Shown here in pieces: positions 47,096 through 58,915 of a stretch of DNA of 64,000 nt (positions within the stretch are counted from its first letter, which is position 1; each line of letters begins with the position of its first letter). The DNA is taken from contig OZ244999.1 in NCBI GenBank assembly GCA_965223265.1, positions 5,856,001 through 5,920,000 on the forward strand, in the 5' to 3' direction. Origin of the DNA: Planctomycetota bacterium. GTDB taxonomy: Bacteria > Planctomycetota > UBA8108 > SXIK01. The notes beneath the pieces are model-generated. The model was not told where the DNA came from. It was given only the letters and a program-made list of their open reading frames with translations, and did not search any database. The translations under genes and the position numbers were made by a program.

Positions 47096-48193
47096 TCACG
47101 CCGCGTGAACCTCTTGCCGGCTGGGCGCAGCCCGATCGATGGCTTCCTTGACCAGCGCGGCAAAGCGCCGCGCGGCCGTGAATGACGCCCAGGCGAGGAT
47201 GCGCACGAACCTTGCTTCGTCAACGTCGACGAGATCTTCGACGAGATCCTCGGACACCTGGTAGGGAGCCTTCGCGAGCACGAGCGCCAGTCTGGCGATT
47301 GCTCGCTCTTCTCCCTCCAGGTCGCACACTTCTTCTTCCACCCAGCGGCGACTGATCGGCATGCGCTCGTTTCGCCAAGCGCTCAGATTCTTCGCCACGC
47401 AGTCGCGTACAGCTTGGGAGATGACGCCGTCCGTCTCGCGCGCGACAGTCGCCGTCCAGCGCGCGATCGCGTCGGCGATCCGTGGATTCGGCGCGGCCCA
47501 TGCCAGGTCGTCCGGCAACTCTGCTGGTGGAAGGAGTTCGAGGGCGAGGGCGGGCGCGGCCGAATGTGTCTTCGTACCTTTGAGCTCGACGCCGAACCTC
47601 CGAAGAGCAGCTCCCTTCAGCCCCTGCGGTGTGGCGACAGGTGAACCGTCCATGACAACATGGCTGAAGCGATTGATATCGGCCATAGCCATCAGAGATC
47701 CCAGAACTTCGGGCAATTCGTCGGCGGTGAACGGACTCGGAGGAATGTCCGTCTCTCCTGGCGTCCCGACTGCCTCCACCCATGCGAGACGCTCTCGAAG
47801 TATCGGGTCTTCGATGTCTTCGATGGAACGCTTCAAGATGGCGGAGGCAGCTCGATGCCGATCGCCTGCATGCACCAGGCTGACCAACATGTCCCCACAG
47901 TAAGGACAGTCATTCAGATCGGAGAGGACAGCGCAGATCGCTTCCTTCGTGGTTCGATCAAGGTGATCATCGACCAGCATGGTCTCCCGACCGCCCGTCC
48001 AGATCGCGGCAAGCAAATTCGGCACGCGCGAACGACTCGTCAGAGAGCCGTTGACGAAGAAGTCTTCGTCAATCATGTCATAGACTCGTCTTGTGAGCCC
48101 TGTCGCCTCGCCCCGTGGCACCGCGCCGACGTACCGCATCGTCTTGACCGACAGAGAATCGAAGAGCCAAAGTCGTAGCTTTCTGGGCAGCAT
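47096..48193 (-). CDS. AhpD/carboxymuconolactone decarboxylase-like protein
   Basis: TKEAICAVLSDLNDCPYC; AAGGA RBS before ATG 48193. Confidence 0.75.
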   Translation of the reverse strand: MLPRKLRLWLFDSLSVKTMRYVGAVPRGEATGLTRRVYDMIDEDFFVNGSLTSRSRVPNLLAAIWTGGRETMLVDDHLDRTTKEAICAVLSDLNDCPYCGDMLVSLVHAGDRHRAASAILKRSIEDIEDPILRERLAWVEAVGTPGETDIPPSPFTADELPEVLGSLMAMADINRFSHVVMDGSPVATPQGLKGAALRRFGVELKGTKTHSAAPALALELLPPAELPDDLAWAAPNPRIADAIARWTATVARETDGVISQAVRDCVAKNLSAWRNERMPISRRWVEEEVCDLEGEERAIARLALVLAKAPYQVSEDLVEDLVDVDEARFVRILAWASFTAARRFAALVKEAIDRAAPSRQEVHAA

Positions 48194-48357
48194 GGTTGAG
48201 TCCTTTCTCGAATGGACTTTGTACCGCGCGACGGTCGCGGTTGGTTCGAAGGGGAATGGATCGCAGCGCAAGTTCAGATCCCTTGAGCTTGCGCGGAATC
48301 CGTCTTGCACCCTTCAAGGCGTGAGGGCGGACCTCACGATGTGAGGCGGCGCCGGGT

Positions 48358-50165
48358 TCACAGCTCCCATGCAGTCGCCGTTTCCGGAGAGTAGACGCAG
48401 AAGTGGCCTGTTCGGATAGAGTTAGACAGATGCTGTCCGAGGCGGGGATGGGCGGCGAGGATCTTTTTGATCGCACTTCGAATGCGCCATGTAACCGCCG
48501 ATCTCGCCCGCTCCCCCGCGTCGCCAAGCCGGCGTGATCTCCCGCCCAGACCGGTGGCCTTGACCAGCTCGTCGATGACGGCGTCCAGTTCACTGCGGAT
48601 CCGATCTGTTCGGCCGGGATCGTGGTCGGCCTCCGCGTGCTCGAGCTCGCTCTGCAGCTCCTCGATGCGTCGGCGATACTGTTGACGGGCCTTCGAGTCA
48701 AGCACCTCGAGCGAAGGTTCACTCTTGCGCGGTGCGCCCGTCAACTCGAGGCAATGGATCGATTCACCGGGCTGCGCCAGTAGGCGAGCCAAATCGTGAA
48801 AGCCTTTCAGTTCGATCAGTCTCGCACCTTTTCCTTCGTACGCGATCGACCAGACGTTGCCCTCCTTGAGGAATCGGTTGCCGGGTGGCATGGCGATCGC
48901 AGCGGGACGGACCATTGGTCGCTCGCGCGACCTGAGAGCTTCGTCGACGTCGACTTCGGCAACGCCTGCATCACGCAGAGCGTTGGGCATGTGCTTGGAG
49001 TCTCTGATTCGACGAAACGGCTCGACTTGAACGACCCAGCGGAGCGGCTCGCCTGGTTCTGGCTCGCGTCCGAAAGCGATCTTGTCGCGATACTCGCCAA
49101 GAAACACTTCGTACTCACGCTTGGCACCGAGCAAATCTCCAGCGATCGCGGCGCAGGCGGCGCGATACGCCGCAAAATTGACCACGGTCTCGCCAGCTCG
49201 TGCCAGACACTGAAGCGCCTCTTCATATCGCTTCATTGCGAAGAGATTCCACCCGACGAATCCGAGGTACCAATCAGGGTGCAGCGGGTTCAGTCGGATC
49301 GCCTTTCGAGCCAGCTTGCAGCCTTCCTCAGGTTCACCGTTAAACAGCGTCGCGATGGCGACCTGAATCAACACGTGGGGATCGTTTGGATTCAGAGCCA
49401 TCGCGCGCGCAACGTGCCAGTCGGCCTGCTCGTGTTGATGTCGGAAACGATGAACTCGCGCGAGAACGGCGTGTACCATCGCGTCAGAATCGTCCAGGTC
49501 CACCGCTTTGGCCGCGCAATCGAATGCGTTCCTCTCGCTCTGGTCCCATAGGTGCCACGCCTGACAGGACCACTCATTGAAATAAGAGAGCGAAAGCCCG
49601 GCGTACGCGCGTAGTGTGAGTCGATTTGCAGCGCCTGCTGAAAGAGAGATCGTGACTCTTCGTCGGCTTCGAGAGTACCGCGCTTCAGGTGATGCATCCC
49701 CCGCAGCCAGCAATCGTAGGCGGGCAATTGATCGATCGACCTGCGTTGAGCTCGTGCGAGCTCAACGTCGTCGATCTTGACAGCTAGATTTCCAGCGACG
49801 GTGGCCACAATCTCATCCTGAATCGAGAAGACCTGATCCAGAGCGGCATCATAGCGTTCTGCCCACACAGTTTGCCCGCCATTGACACGGATGAGTTGAG
49901 CGCTGACGCGAATGGTCGAGCGGCTGCGGCGCACGCTGCCTTCCAGAATGTACTGTAGGTCCCACTCGCGTACGACTTCATCAACCGAGCGACCGGCCTC
50001 GCTCAGCGCAAAGGTGCTTTGACTTGCCAAGACTCTCAAAGATCGGAAGCGGGTCAATTCCGCAATCAAGTCTTCCACAAAGCCATTCGAGAAGAACTCA
50101 GTGTCTGGCTCCGAAGACAGATTCCGGAAGGGCATGACGGCGATCGACACAGAGTGCTCTTCCAT
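48358..50165 (-). pseudogene. TolB-like/TPR regulator, frameshifted near 49605
   Basis: Frame 1: SIAVMPF..GFVEDLI..LEGSVR..AYDCWLRG..SHYAR. Frame 2 continues AYAGLSLSY..TPRs..ERARSAVTWRIRSAI..IRTGHFCVY. Junction TACGCGCGTAC fits loss of one CGCG unit. Confidence 0.85.
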
Positions 50166-50617
50166 CTAACCTCGCTCAAACGATCCGCTTCTCTACGCCA
50201 CCCTATTTCGCTGCTATCATCGCAGGCACTTCGCGGTCTGCCAAGAGGCTCCAAAGAGGTGCTCTGGCTTTCACGGCGATGCCATACCGAGTGTTCGGTG
50301 AGCGCCAGGTCTCGCGTGGCTGAATAGCCCGTCGAAAAAGTCAGTCGGCCGAGAACTGGCCTCTTCCCCCCCAGGTCGGCCGCATCAATACTCGCGATCA
50401 CACTTTGAAGAAGACGGCGCGGAGATGACCTGCGCTTGCCGCGGCCAATCTGGACGCGAAGAGATCAGTTCTCGGTTCGAAGGGCCTTTTGATAGCTTGT
50501 TGAAGTCAGCGACCACCGAGAGCCGCTGGCCGAAATCCTTGTTGTTGCGATTGGTGTACCGCTGTCTAATGTTCTGAAGGGCGAAACACGCCGGATGGCG
50601 CTGCTCAGGAGTCAGTT

Positions 50618-53164
50618 TTGTTTTTCCTTTTTTCTTCCCTTCCGAAGCTTCATCGACACGCCTCAGTCGCGTGTCTGTTGTGTGTTTGTGTTTGGCAGAT
50701 CTCAGTGGCGTCTCCACTGGACCACTCGTTGAGGAATTCCCGAGATCGTCACCTAGAAAGCCGGGAGGACTTCTTCGAAAAGCGCATCCGCCCAGTTCTC
50801 ATCGAGCACTGCTACGAGTGCCATGGTGAGAAGAAGGCGAAGGGCGGCCTGAGGCTTGACCTGCGCGATGCACTGCGGCGTGGTGGCGACAGTGGGCCGG
50901 CGATCGTTCCATTCGAGCCCGAGCGCAGCCGACTGATCGACGCGGTACGCTACGGAACTCTCGAGATGCCTCCGAGCGGCAAATTGCCAGAGCGCGTCAT
51001 CAACGATTTGGTGACGTGGGTGCGTCTGGGTGCGCCCGATCCGCGGACCGCCGAGGTGGCGGCCAACGCATCTCGAGAGACCGCGACGGAGCTTGCAGAT
51101 CCTCTCGACCATTGGGCTTTTCGTGCCGTCGAGGCTCCCGAACCGCCGCGCGTTCGCGACGTGACTTGGCCACTCACGAGTGTCGATCGATTCATTCTGC
51201 GACGACTTGAGGAAGCGGGAGTAACGCCAGCGCCCGATGCTGATCGTTACACTTGGCTGCGTCGCGTCAGCCTCGACCTCACCGGGCTGCCGCCGACCGT
51301 CGAAGAGCTGCGTGATTTCCACGCCGATCCTTCGCCCGATGCGTTCGAGACCGTCGTCGACCGACTCCTCGGTTCGCGTGCCTTCGGTGAGCGCTGGGCA
51401 CGGCACTGGCTCGACCTCGTTGGCTACGCCGATCAGATAGGCACCTCCAACAACGTCTTCGCCGAGCACGGCTGGCGCTATCGCGACTACGTGATCGACT
51501 CCCTCAATGCGGACACACCGTTTGATCGTTTCATCCGCGAGCAAATCGCCGGTGACTTGCTGGCAGCGGAATCGGTCGAGCAGCGCGCAGCGGGCGTCAC
51601 GGCGACTGGATTTCTCCTCCTCGGCGATCTCGAAATCGTCGAAGCGGACAAGGCCAAGCTGCACGTCGATGTCATCGACCAGCAGATCGATAAAATAGGT
51701 AAGGCATTTCTCGGCCTGACCGTCGGCTGCGCGCGCTGCCACGACCACAAGTTCGATCCCATCCCGCAGCGCGACTACTACGCGCTCGCCGGCATCTTTC
51801 ACAGCACGCGCTCCATCTACAAAACCGCGCGCGGCGTCTGGAGCGACGTCACTGCCGTCGAGATTCCTGAAACCGAAGATCAGAAAGAAGAACGCCTTGA
51901 GCGTGTTCGTCTTCACGGCGAGAGAGTTGCTGCACTGAAGGACGAGCGCAAGCGCTCCCTAAAACGCCAAGGCGAGCTCGACGAGGTGTTGGAGCGTACG
52001 GACGATGCGGCGACAAGCGCCGACGACCTCAAGTCCTTGCGTGCACAGCGAACCAAAGAGCGCGACGCGCTTGCCACGCAGATCAAACAGATCAACCGCA
52101 GACTCGAACACGCCGAATTCTTCGCACCGTCGCTGCCGCGCACCTACGCGGTCAGTGACCTCGACGATCCGAGCGACATGAGGATCACGATTCGTGGCAA
52201 CCCTCGCGCTCTTGGAGACTCGGTACCGCGCGGCTTTCTGACCGCCGTGTCGACGGTATCTCCGCCACAGATTCCTCCGAACGAAAGCGGCCGCAGACAA
52301 CTCGCCGATTGGATCGCTAGTGCGAGGAACCCACTGACCGCGCGCGTCGCGGTCAACCGCATATGGCAGAAACTTTTTGGGCGCGGACTCGTACCCTCCG
52401 TCGACTACTTCGGCATCCGTGGCGAGAAGCCGTCGCACCCCGATCTCCTCGATGCTCTCGCCATAGCGTTTGTCGAGCAAGGTTGGTCTCAAAAGCGGCT
52501 TATTCGCGACCTCGTTCTCAGTCGAACCTACCGGATGAGCAGCGGGCACAACGCCCGCGCACACGACATCGACCCCGATAATCGACTCTGGTGGCGCATG
52601 CATCGTCGCAGGCTCGATGCGGAATCGATCCGCGATGCCATGCTCGCGGTGAGCGGCCAGCTGCAGCGTTCGCATGGCGGCCCAGCCTTACCGCTGGAGT
52701 ACATAGAGAACGTCGGCAACATAGATCCGAAGAACGTCAACCCGCCGTCGTTTTCCCTCAAGAAGTGGCGGCCATCGCAGGAGTATTTGCGGACAATCTA
52801 TCTGCCGGTGATTCGTTCCGGCCTACAGCCAGGACCGGCAGAACTACGCAACGTGTTCGACTTCACGCAGCCCGCTCTGTTCGCTGGAAAGAGACCGACG
52901 ACGGCCGTGCCGACGCAGGCACTCTTTTTGATGAACAGCGCAGCGGTGAAGAAGCGCGCCGTGGAGCTTGCCGAACGCATCATCCGTGAGAAACTCACCC
53001 GCCCTGAGCGGATCGATTTGCTGTGGCTTTACGCGTTCAGCCGTCCGATCACCACGAAAGAAAGAGAAGATGCTGAGGCGTTCCTTGCCGCGGCGGGCGA
53101 CGAGGCGTGGAAGGAACTGTGCCATGCGATTCTCGGCTCGAACGAATTCTTGATGCGGCTTTAG
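50618..53164 (+). CDS. Planctomycete cytochrome c with DUF1549 and DUF1553 domains
   Basis: FFEKRIRPVL..CYECH, HWAF, GERWARHWLD, CARCHDHKFDP, NPLTARVAVNRIWQ, RRLDAESIRD; exact start uncertain. Confidence 0.93.
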   Translation: MFFLFSSLPKLHRHASVACLLCVCVWQISVASPLDHSLRNSRDRHLESREDFFEKRIRPVLIEHCYECHGEKKAKGGLRLDLRDALRRGGDSGPAIVPFEPERSRLIDAVRYGTLEMPPSGKLPERVINDLVTWVRLGAPDPRTAEVAANASRETATELADPLDHWAFRAVEAPEPPRVRDVTWPLTSVDRFILRRLEEAGVTPAPDADRYTWLRRVSLDLTGLPPTVEELRDFHADPSPDAFETVVDRLLGSRAFGERWARHWLDLVGYADQIGTSNNVFAEHGWRYRDYVIDSLNADTPFDRFIREQIAGDLLAAESVEQRAAGVTATGFLLLGDLEIVEADKAKLHVDVIDQQIDKIGKAFLGLTVGCARCHDHKFDPIPQRDYYALAGIFHSTRSIYKTARGVWSDVTAVEIPETEDQKEERLERVRLHGERVAALKDERKRSLKRQGELDEVLERTDDAATSADDLKSLRAQRTKERDALATQIKQINRRLEHAEFFAPSLPRTYAVSDLDDPSDMRITIRGNPRALGDSVPRGFLTAVSTVSPPQIPPNESGRRQLADWIASARNPLTARVAVNRIWQKLFGRGLVPSVDYFGIRGEKPSHPDLLDALAIAFVEQGWSQKRLIRDLVLSRTYRMSSGHNARAHDIDPDNRLWWRMHRRRLDAESIRDAMLAVSGQLQRSHGGPALPLEYIENVGNIDPKNVNPPSFSLKKWRPSQEYLRTIYLPVIRSGLQPGPAELRNVFDFTQPALFAGKRPTTAVPTQALFLMNSAAVKKRAVELAERIIREKLTRPERIDLLWLYAFSRPITTKEREDAEAFLAAAGDEAWKELCHAILGSNEFLMRL

Positions 53165-53233
53165 CAAGCGACGTGAAGGAAACAGAAAGATGACCGGTCA
53201 ACACGTGCAGACCTGGCAGGAACGAGGTTCCTC

Positions 53234-54667
53234 ATGAAGAGAGTCCACCGTGCGCTCGACCTGAACGGCTGGAGTCGCCGGCGCTGGCTGCAAACGGCAA
53301 CGTGTGGTTTTGGTGGCGTCGCGCTCCAGAGTTTGCTGGCAAGAACCGCCATGGCTCAGAGCGCCGATCTCGCATCGCGGCCTTCACACCATCCAGCGCG
53401 CGCGAAGCGCGTCATCTTCCTTTTCATGGCTGGAGGGCCTTCACAGGCAGACCTCTTCGATCCGAAGCCGCTGATCATGAAGAAACACGGGCAGACCGTC
53501 GAAGCGCCGGTCGACGACCGTCAGATCCGCGTCGGCGTCGACAAGTTCCTCGCCATGGGGCCAGTGGCGCCAGTGCGCCCGCGCGGCGACTCGGGCATGA
53601 TGATGTCAGACCTCTTACCGAACCTCGCGCGCGTCGCAGACGAGCTCTGTCTGCTGCGAGCGGTGCACACGGACAACAAGGCACACGCGCCGGCAACGCT
53701 GCAGTTTCACACGGGGACGCTCTTTGCAGCCCAGCCGTCGATGGGTGCCTGGATCAGCTATGGTCTTGGTAGTGAGAACGACGACCTGCCGAGCTTCATC
53801 ACGATTCATCCGCCCGGCGACGGTCGCACGTATGGCTCGTCGTTTTTGCCCGCCGCGCACCAAGGGACGCCACTCCGCGTGCCCACAGATGAACGCGCCT
53901 CCGCGATCAAGTATCTCGAGGACCACGACGCGGACACTCGAGCGCAACGACGACGTCTCGACTTCCTGCAGCGGATGAATCGACGCCTTCTCGATCGGCT
54001 CGGCACCGACGCTCAAATGGAGGGGATCATCGAATCGTTTGAGCTGGCGTTTCGCATGCAAACGGAAACTCCCCAGCTCGTCGATCTCGCCGGGGAATCT
54101 CAAGAGACGCTCGGCCTCTACGGTGTCGGCGAGAAGAACTCCGACCGCAATGGTCGGGCCTGCCTGTTGGCGCGGCGCCTCAGCGAGGCAGGAGTCCGGT
54201 TCGTACAAGTCACCGTGGGCGGCTGGGACCATCACGGTGGCATCCGTGACGCCCTGCCAAAGAGCTGCGCTGGCGTCGACAAACCAATCGCCGGGCTGCT
54301 CACAGACCTGAAGCGCCGCGGCCTCTTGGAAGAGACCCTCGTTCTCTGGTCCGGGGAATTCGGGCGCTCGCCCTGGAGTCAGGACATATCAGGGACGTCA
54401 CCGATCTCCAAGCACGGACGCGAGCATCAACAGGAAAGCTTCTGCGCTTGGATGGCAGGTGGCGGTGTCAAGCCGGGTTTCGTCCACGGCGCTACCGACG
54501 ACTTCGGTTTCCTTCCCGTGGCCGGCAAGGTGCATCTGCACGACCTTCACGCAACGCTCCTTCACCTCTTGGGACTGGACCACGAACGTCTCACGTATCG
54601 CCACGCCGGGCGTGACTTCCGGCTGACCGATGTCTACGGAAACGTCGTGGACGAGATCATTGCGTGA
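53234..54667 (+). CDS. DUF1501 family protein with Tat signal
   Basis: SRRRWLQ, AKRVIFLFMAGGPSQ, GWDHH, GEFGRSP, HDLHAT, RLTDV. Confidence 0.95.
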   Translation: MKRVHRALDLNGWSRRRWLQTATCGFGGVALQSLLARTAMAQSADLASRPSHHPARAKRVIFLFMAGGPSQADLFDPKPLIMKKHGQTVEAPVDDRQIRVGVDKFLAMGPVAPVRPRGDSGMMMSDLLPNLARVADELCLLRAVHTDNKAHAPATLQFHTGTLFAAQPSMGAWISYGLGSENDDLPSFITIHPPGDGRTYGSSFLPAAHQGTPLRVPTDERASAIKYLEDHDADTRAQRRRLDFLQRMNRRLLDRLGTDAQMEGIIESFELAFRMQTETPQLVDLAGESQETLGLYGVGEKNSDRNGRACLLARRLSEAGVRFVQVTVGGWDHHGGIRDALPKSCAGVDKPIAGLLTDLKRRGLLEETLVLWSGEFGRSPWSQDISGTSPISKHGREHQQESFCAWMAGGGVKPGFVHGATDDFGFLPVAGKVHLHDLHATLLHLLGLDHERLTYRHAGRDFRLTDVYGNVVDEIIA

Positions 54668-54807
54668 CCACTCAGTAAAGGGTTCTCGCTCCGATACACC
54701 GTGCGTCGGAACTCTCGTTCTGCGCAAAGCCGGGGCAGAGCCGCGCGTTCGTGGTGTACAATCGAGAGAAGTTCGCCGTCCATCCGCCCCCGCGTCCCGA
54801 GGCTGCT

Positions 54808-56667
54808 ATGGTGCTCGACACGAACAGGATCGAGAGGCTGATCGCCGAGCTCGAGGCGATTCGCTTGAGCGCGTTCCTCCTCGAAAGTGAGTTCGATGCG
54901 GAACTCGCTAAGGTTGCGGAAACCTCACGCGACGGTAGTAGGAATTTGCTGCACTATCTGGCGCTGCGCCGACGAGATCTCCGTCCGCTTCAGGAAGAGC
55001 TAGCGGTCCTTGGGCTATCTTCTCTTGGGCGCGCCGAGGCGCACGCGATGGGCACCATCGAGTCAGTGCTGACGATCCTCTACCGGCTCGTCGGTAAAGA
55101 GTTCGACCCCAAGGCCGACGGCATGCGAGCGGTTGGTTTCCTCGATGGCAAACGTCGACTCGAAGCACACGCGGACTCACTGTTTGGCACAGCCAAGACT
55201 CTTCCTATCATGGTCACCATGCCGAGAGAAGCAGCGACGACCTACGAGGTGGTTCGCGATCTCGTCGCCGGCGGCATGACGTGCATGCGCATCAATTGCG
55301 CGCATGACGATCGCAACGCCTGGGAAGGTATGATTCACCACCTCCGGCGCGCCCGGGAGGAAACGGGACGCGAGTGCCGTCTGTTCATGGACCTCGCCGG
55401 GCCGAAGATACGCACGGGTGAGATGGAACCCGGCTCGCGCATCATCCGCTGGGAGCCGAAGCGCGACGAGCTGGGACGAATCGTCGCCCCGGCGTCGATC
55501 TGGTTGACACCCGCGGAGACGCCCGAGTTACCGCCTCGAGGGACAACACGTACGCTGCCGATCGCTGGCGACCAGCTCGCGCGGCTCGAGCCTGGATGTC
55601 GCCTGCGATTCAAGGACCTGCGCGGCAGATCGCGCAGCTTGAGGATCGTTGAGCGTGTGGGCAACTCCCTCATGGCGGAGTCGAACCAGATTACGTACAT
55701 AGGGGCCGAGTCCATCCTCTTTCCGCATCCCAAGGGTGCGAAAAAGGAAGAGTCGCCTCCGGGCTTCCGCGCCGACGGCATTCAACCGCATTCGCAGTAC
55801 CTGCGCCTCGGTGCCGGAGACACGCTCGTCTTGACGAAGGATCAGACACCAGGAAAGCCCGTCGTCAGAGATGCTACCGGCCAACTCGTGGAAGAGCCGC
55901 GGATCGGCTGCACGCTTCCCGAGATCTTTCAAACGGTGAAGGAAGGCGAACGCGTACGTTTCGACGATGGCAAGCTCGGCGGCGTGGTGACGTCGGTGAC
56001 GCCCGATACTTTGAGGATTCGCATCACGGAACCGATCTCTGGCTCCAGAAAGAAGCTGAGAGCGTCAAAAGGGGTGAACTTCCCAGACACGGAGCTGCGC
56101 ATCCCAGCGCTGACCAAAAAGGATCTGGAGGATATTCAGTTCATCGTTCAGTACGCAGACATTGTCGGGTTTTCCTTCGTCAATCGCATCGAGGACGTCG
56201 AGCACCTGCAGCGCGAGATCTACCGCGCCGCCTCTCGACCGATCGGTATGGTCCTGAAGATCGAGACGCGCCGCGCCTTCGAAAGCCTGCCGCGTCTCCT
56301 ACTAGCAGCCCTACGCAGCGATCCGGTCGGCGTCATGATCGCACGCGGCGACCTCGCCGTCGAATGCGGCTTTGAGCGCATGGCCGAGCTGCAGGAAGAG
56401 ATTCTCTGGGTCTGCGAAGCGGCGCACGTTCCGGTGATCTGGGCAACGCAGGTGCTCGAGACGTTGAACAAAAAAGGTATGCCTTCGCGTGCGGAAATCA
56501 CGGACGCAGCCATGGCGGAGCGCGCCGAGTGCGTCATGCTCAACAAGGGTCCCCACATCTTGGAGACGGTGCGCGTCCTCGACAACGTGATCGGCCGTAT
56601 GCGGTCCCACCAAGACAAGAAGAGCCCGACGCTGCGTGCCCTGAAGATCTCGCGGCTTGATTCCTGA
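54808..56667 (+). CDS. pyk: Pyruvate kinase (long type)
   Basis: IMVTMP, RINCAHD, DLAGPKIRTG, DDGK, KGVNFP, LKIET, MIARGDL, WATQVLE, AEITDA, MLNKG. Confidence 0.93.
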   Translation: MVLDTNRIERLIAELEAIRLSAFLLESEFDAELAKVAETSRDGSRNLLHYLALRRRDLRPLQEELAVLGLSSLGRAEAHAMGTIESVLTILYRLVGKEFDPKADGMRAVGFLDGKRRLEAHADSLFGTAKTLPIMVTMPREAATTYEVVRDLVAGGMTCMRINCAHDDRNAWEGMIHHLRRAREETGRECRLFMDLAGPKIRTGEMEPGSRIIRWEPKRDELGRIVAPASIWLTPAETPELPPRGTTRTLPIAGDQLARLEPGCRLRFKDLRGRSRSLRIVERVGNSLMAESNQITYIGAESILFPHPKGAKKEESPPGFRADGIQPHSQYLRLGAGDTLVLTKDQTPGKPVVRDATGQLVEEPRIGCTLPEIFQTVKEGERVRFDDGKLGGVVTSVTPDTLRIRITEPISGSRKKLRASKGVNFPDTELRIPALTKKDLEDIQFIVQYADIVGFSFVNRIEDVEHLQREIYRAASRPIGMVLKIETRRAFESLPRLLLAALRSDPVGVMIARGDLAVECGFERMAELQEEILWVCEAAHVPVIWATQVLETLNKKGMPSRAEITDAAMAERAECVMLNKGPHILETVRVLDNVIGRMRSHQDKKSPTLRALKISRLDS

Positions 56668-56927
56668 GAATTTGTCGTTGCCGCGCTGGCTCGAGTTGGC
56701 CATTTCGCGTCGAGCCTGGGAAGGCCAGAAGCGTCGAGGCCAAGGAGCGACTCGGGCGCGATCCGCTGGATCGTGGCGGAGGACGGGCGCAGGCATCGGC
56801 GCTCCTGGCCTTCCCCGAAGGGCCGGACAGGAGTCTTTGAACATGCACAAGGGTTCTCAGGATACGAAGAAGTTCGAAAGGCCTTTGAAACCCCGGCAAA
56901 CTCGTCCGGCCAGGCCGGCGCGAAATG

Positions 56928-58915
56928 GTAGAGTCGAGAGGTGGCGCAGTGGTTTAGGCCAAGGACTTTCCGTTTCCGGCTCTTTCGTCTGCCGGTGCCA
57001 AATAGCCTCAGACCGTGCCCTGTTTCCACCTCCCGCTCATCAAACCGGACGTGCGGTTTTCCCGCATCCGGCTTTCGGACAAGGTTCATACTTTCGCCCA
57101 CGGAAAGTTGCGCGTCCGTTCAGTGAGTCGGACTAGACCGAGTACGCGGTGCAGGTATGTGTCGGGAAATCGTGACGTTCCTCGACTCGGCACTTTGTGT
57201 TTACGGCACAACCACTGACGCAGCCGGTTGCCGGCGTGGAAATCCACGGTGGCATAGGCCTTGCTAACAGGCCCAAGGCGGAAGTAGTTGGCCCATCCGA
57301 TCATGGTTCGGTTGAGTTCAGCTACGAGCTCCTTGGCGTCGCGGGCACTCCAGCGACGGCTGGTCTTTTCACTAATCGTGCGGCAAAGCCCCACGACCTT
57401 CTTCTTGGACGGGCGTGTGCCGATGTAGGCTCGACCCGTCTTAGGCGACCAGCACCTTCCCAGCGTGTAGCCCAGAAAGTCGAACGTTTCGTCCGGGACG
57501 CTGCATTGACGTGTCTTTGACTCGTTCACCGTCAGCTTCAGCCGTTGCATCATGTTCCTCATCACGCGCATGGCCTCGTCGGCACTGTCGCGACAGCAGA
57601 TCACGAAGTCGTCGGCGTAGTTGACAATTCGGGCGCGCAAGCGCCTTTGGTACCCGAGCACCTTCCAACCCACGATGAATCGTCGCATGTAGAGGTTACT
57701 AAGCAGCGGTGAGATCGGAGCGCCTTGCGGACAGCCCCGGCCCTCGTCCTTATTGCGCGTCGTTCGATGTTTTCGACCCCGCTCGTCCGTCTCTTCTACC
57801 GGCGCGACAAGCCACATCTTGATCAGATGCAGTACCTGTTTATCACTGATGCGACGTGCCACCGATTTCATGAGCTCGGTGTGTGGGATCGTGTCGAAGT
57901 AGCCGCTTAAGTCTGCGTCGATGACCTCTGTGTGGCCAGTATTCAGTAGCGAGTGGATCTTGCCTATGGCCTCCAAAGCGCTACGGTTGGGACGGTAGGC
58001 GTACTGCTCCGGCTGCAGGTCTGCCTCGAATATCGCTTCGAGGATCAGCACGGCTGCCGTCTGCACGACACGGTCGCGGATCGTTGGGATACCCAACGGC
58101 CGCTGCTTACCATTCGCCTTCGGAATATACACCCGGCGAACCGCTTGCGGACGATACCTCTTCTCTTTGAGCTCCTTCGTCAGTTCGTCCAACCACCGTT
58201 CGAGACCTTCTCTCTCGATGTCTTCGAAACGCTCGCCGTCCACTCCTGTGGCTCCACCGTTGGCACGGCAGCAGCGGTAGGCGTGTTCGAGAACGTCCGG
58301 TCGATACACCTTGTCGTAGAGGGCATAGAAACGAAAGTTGGGCGATTCCTTCGCTTTGGTATGTAACGCCGCCTGCAGCGTCCGAACCTTTGGTGGGGTT
58401 GGTAGGCTCATGCCAATCTCCCGGCTCTCATGGCTTCTGACGTTAACCTTGAACTAAGGCCCCTTCCCTCAACCGGCATTACCCGGCGTCTGCGGTACTA
58501 CGGGCCTATCCGCCGCCCCGGACGGCCCGGCCGGCTCCTCGCGGAGTTCCGGTTTGGCGCTCACGCCGCGCCACCGTCGGGGTTTCCCGTGTTGCATCGA
58601 ATCTCCGTTGGCACGCATGCCATCGCCACTACCCCGGCAGGAACCATTGGATGCTGTCGCTCTTCTCGTCCATTGGTTGGCAGCCTTCCCCTGTTTAGCG
58701 GAGGGTCGGCTCCTGCATTGACTCTTTCGAGGCCTGCTCGGCGTTCACTCACGTTACGGCCTGCGTGCTCGCTGGGTCGCCCAGCGACCCTTTTCCTGAA
58801 GTACTTCGACGTAGGTCGTTACCTCCCTCCGTCGCTCCGGGTGCTACCGGCTGGAGCGACCAGTTGCCGGGTGGGATTCTCACCCACTGAGGATTCGTGC
58901 CTTTTCACGGCGTAC
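56928..58915 (-). mobile_element. Group II intron (~1988 nt)
   Basis: 5' end GTACG at 58915; domain V AGCCGGATGCGGGAAAACCGCACGTCCGGTT (~57043-57073); domain VI ending CTCGACTCTAC at 56928; RT ORF inside. Confidence 0.92.
57086..58411 (-). CDS. ltrA: Group II intron reverse transcriptase/maturase, no endonuclease domain
   Basis: [50 protein letters not shown]-domain GWANYF; no HNH tail. Confidence 0.96.
   Translation of the reverse strand: MSLPTPPKVRTLQAALHTKAKESPNFRFYALYDKVYRPDVLEHAYRCCRANGGATGVDGERFEDIEREGLERWLDELTKELKEKRYRPQAVRRVYIPKANGKQRPLGIPTIRDRVVQTAAVLILEAIFEADLQPEQYAYRPNRSALEAIGKIHSLLNTGHTEVIDADLSGYFDTIPHTELMKSVARRISDKQVLHLIKMWLVAPVEETDERGRKHRTTRNKDEGRGCPQGAPISPLLSNLYMRRFIVGWKVLGYQRRLRARIVNYADDFVICCRDSADEAMRVMRNMMQRLKLTVNESKTRQCSVPDETFDFLGYTLGRCWSPKTGRAYIGTRPSKKKVVGLCRTISEKTSRRWSARDAKELVAELNRTMIGWANYFRLGPVSKAYATVDFHAGNRLRQWLCRKHKVPSRGTSRFPDTYLHRVLGLVRLTERTRNFPWAKV

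Noticed and set aside
57086-58411. Retron, DGR or defence-associated reverse transcriptase
   Set aside because: Domain V/VI RNA, the X domain and clear intron boundaries identify a group II intron.
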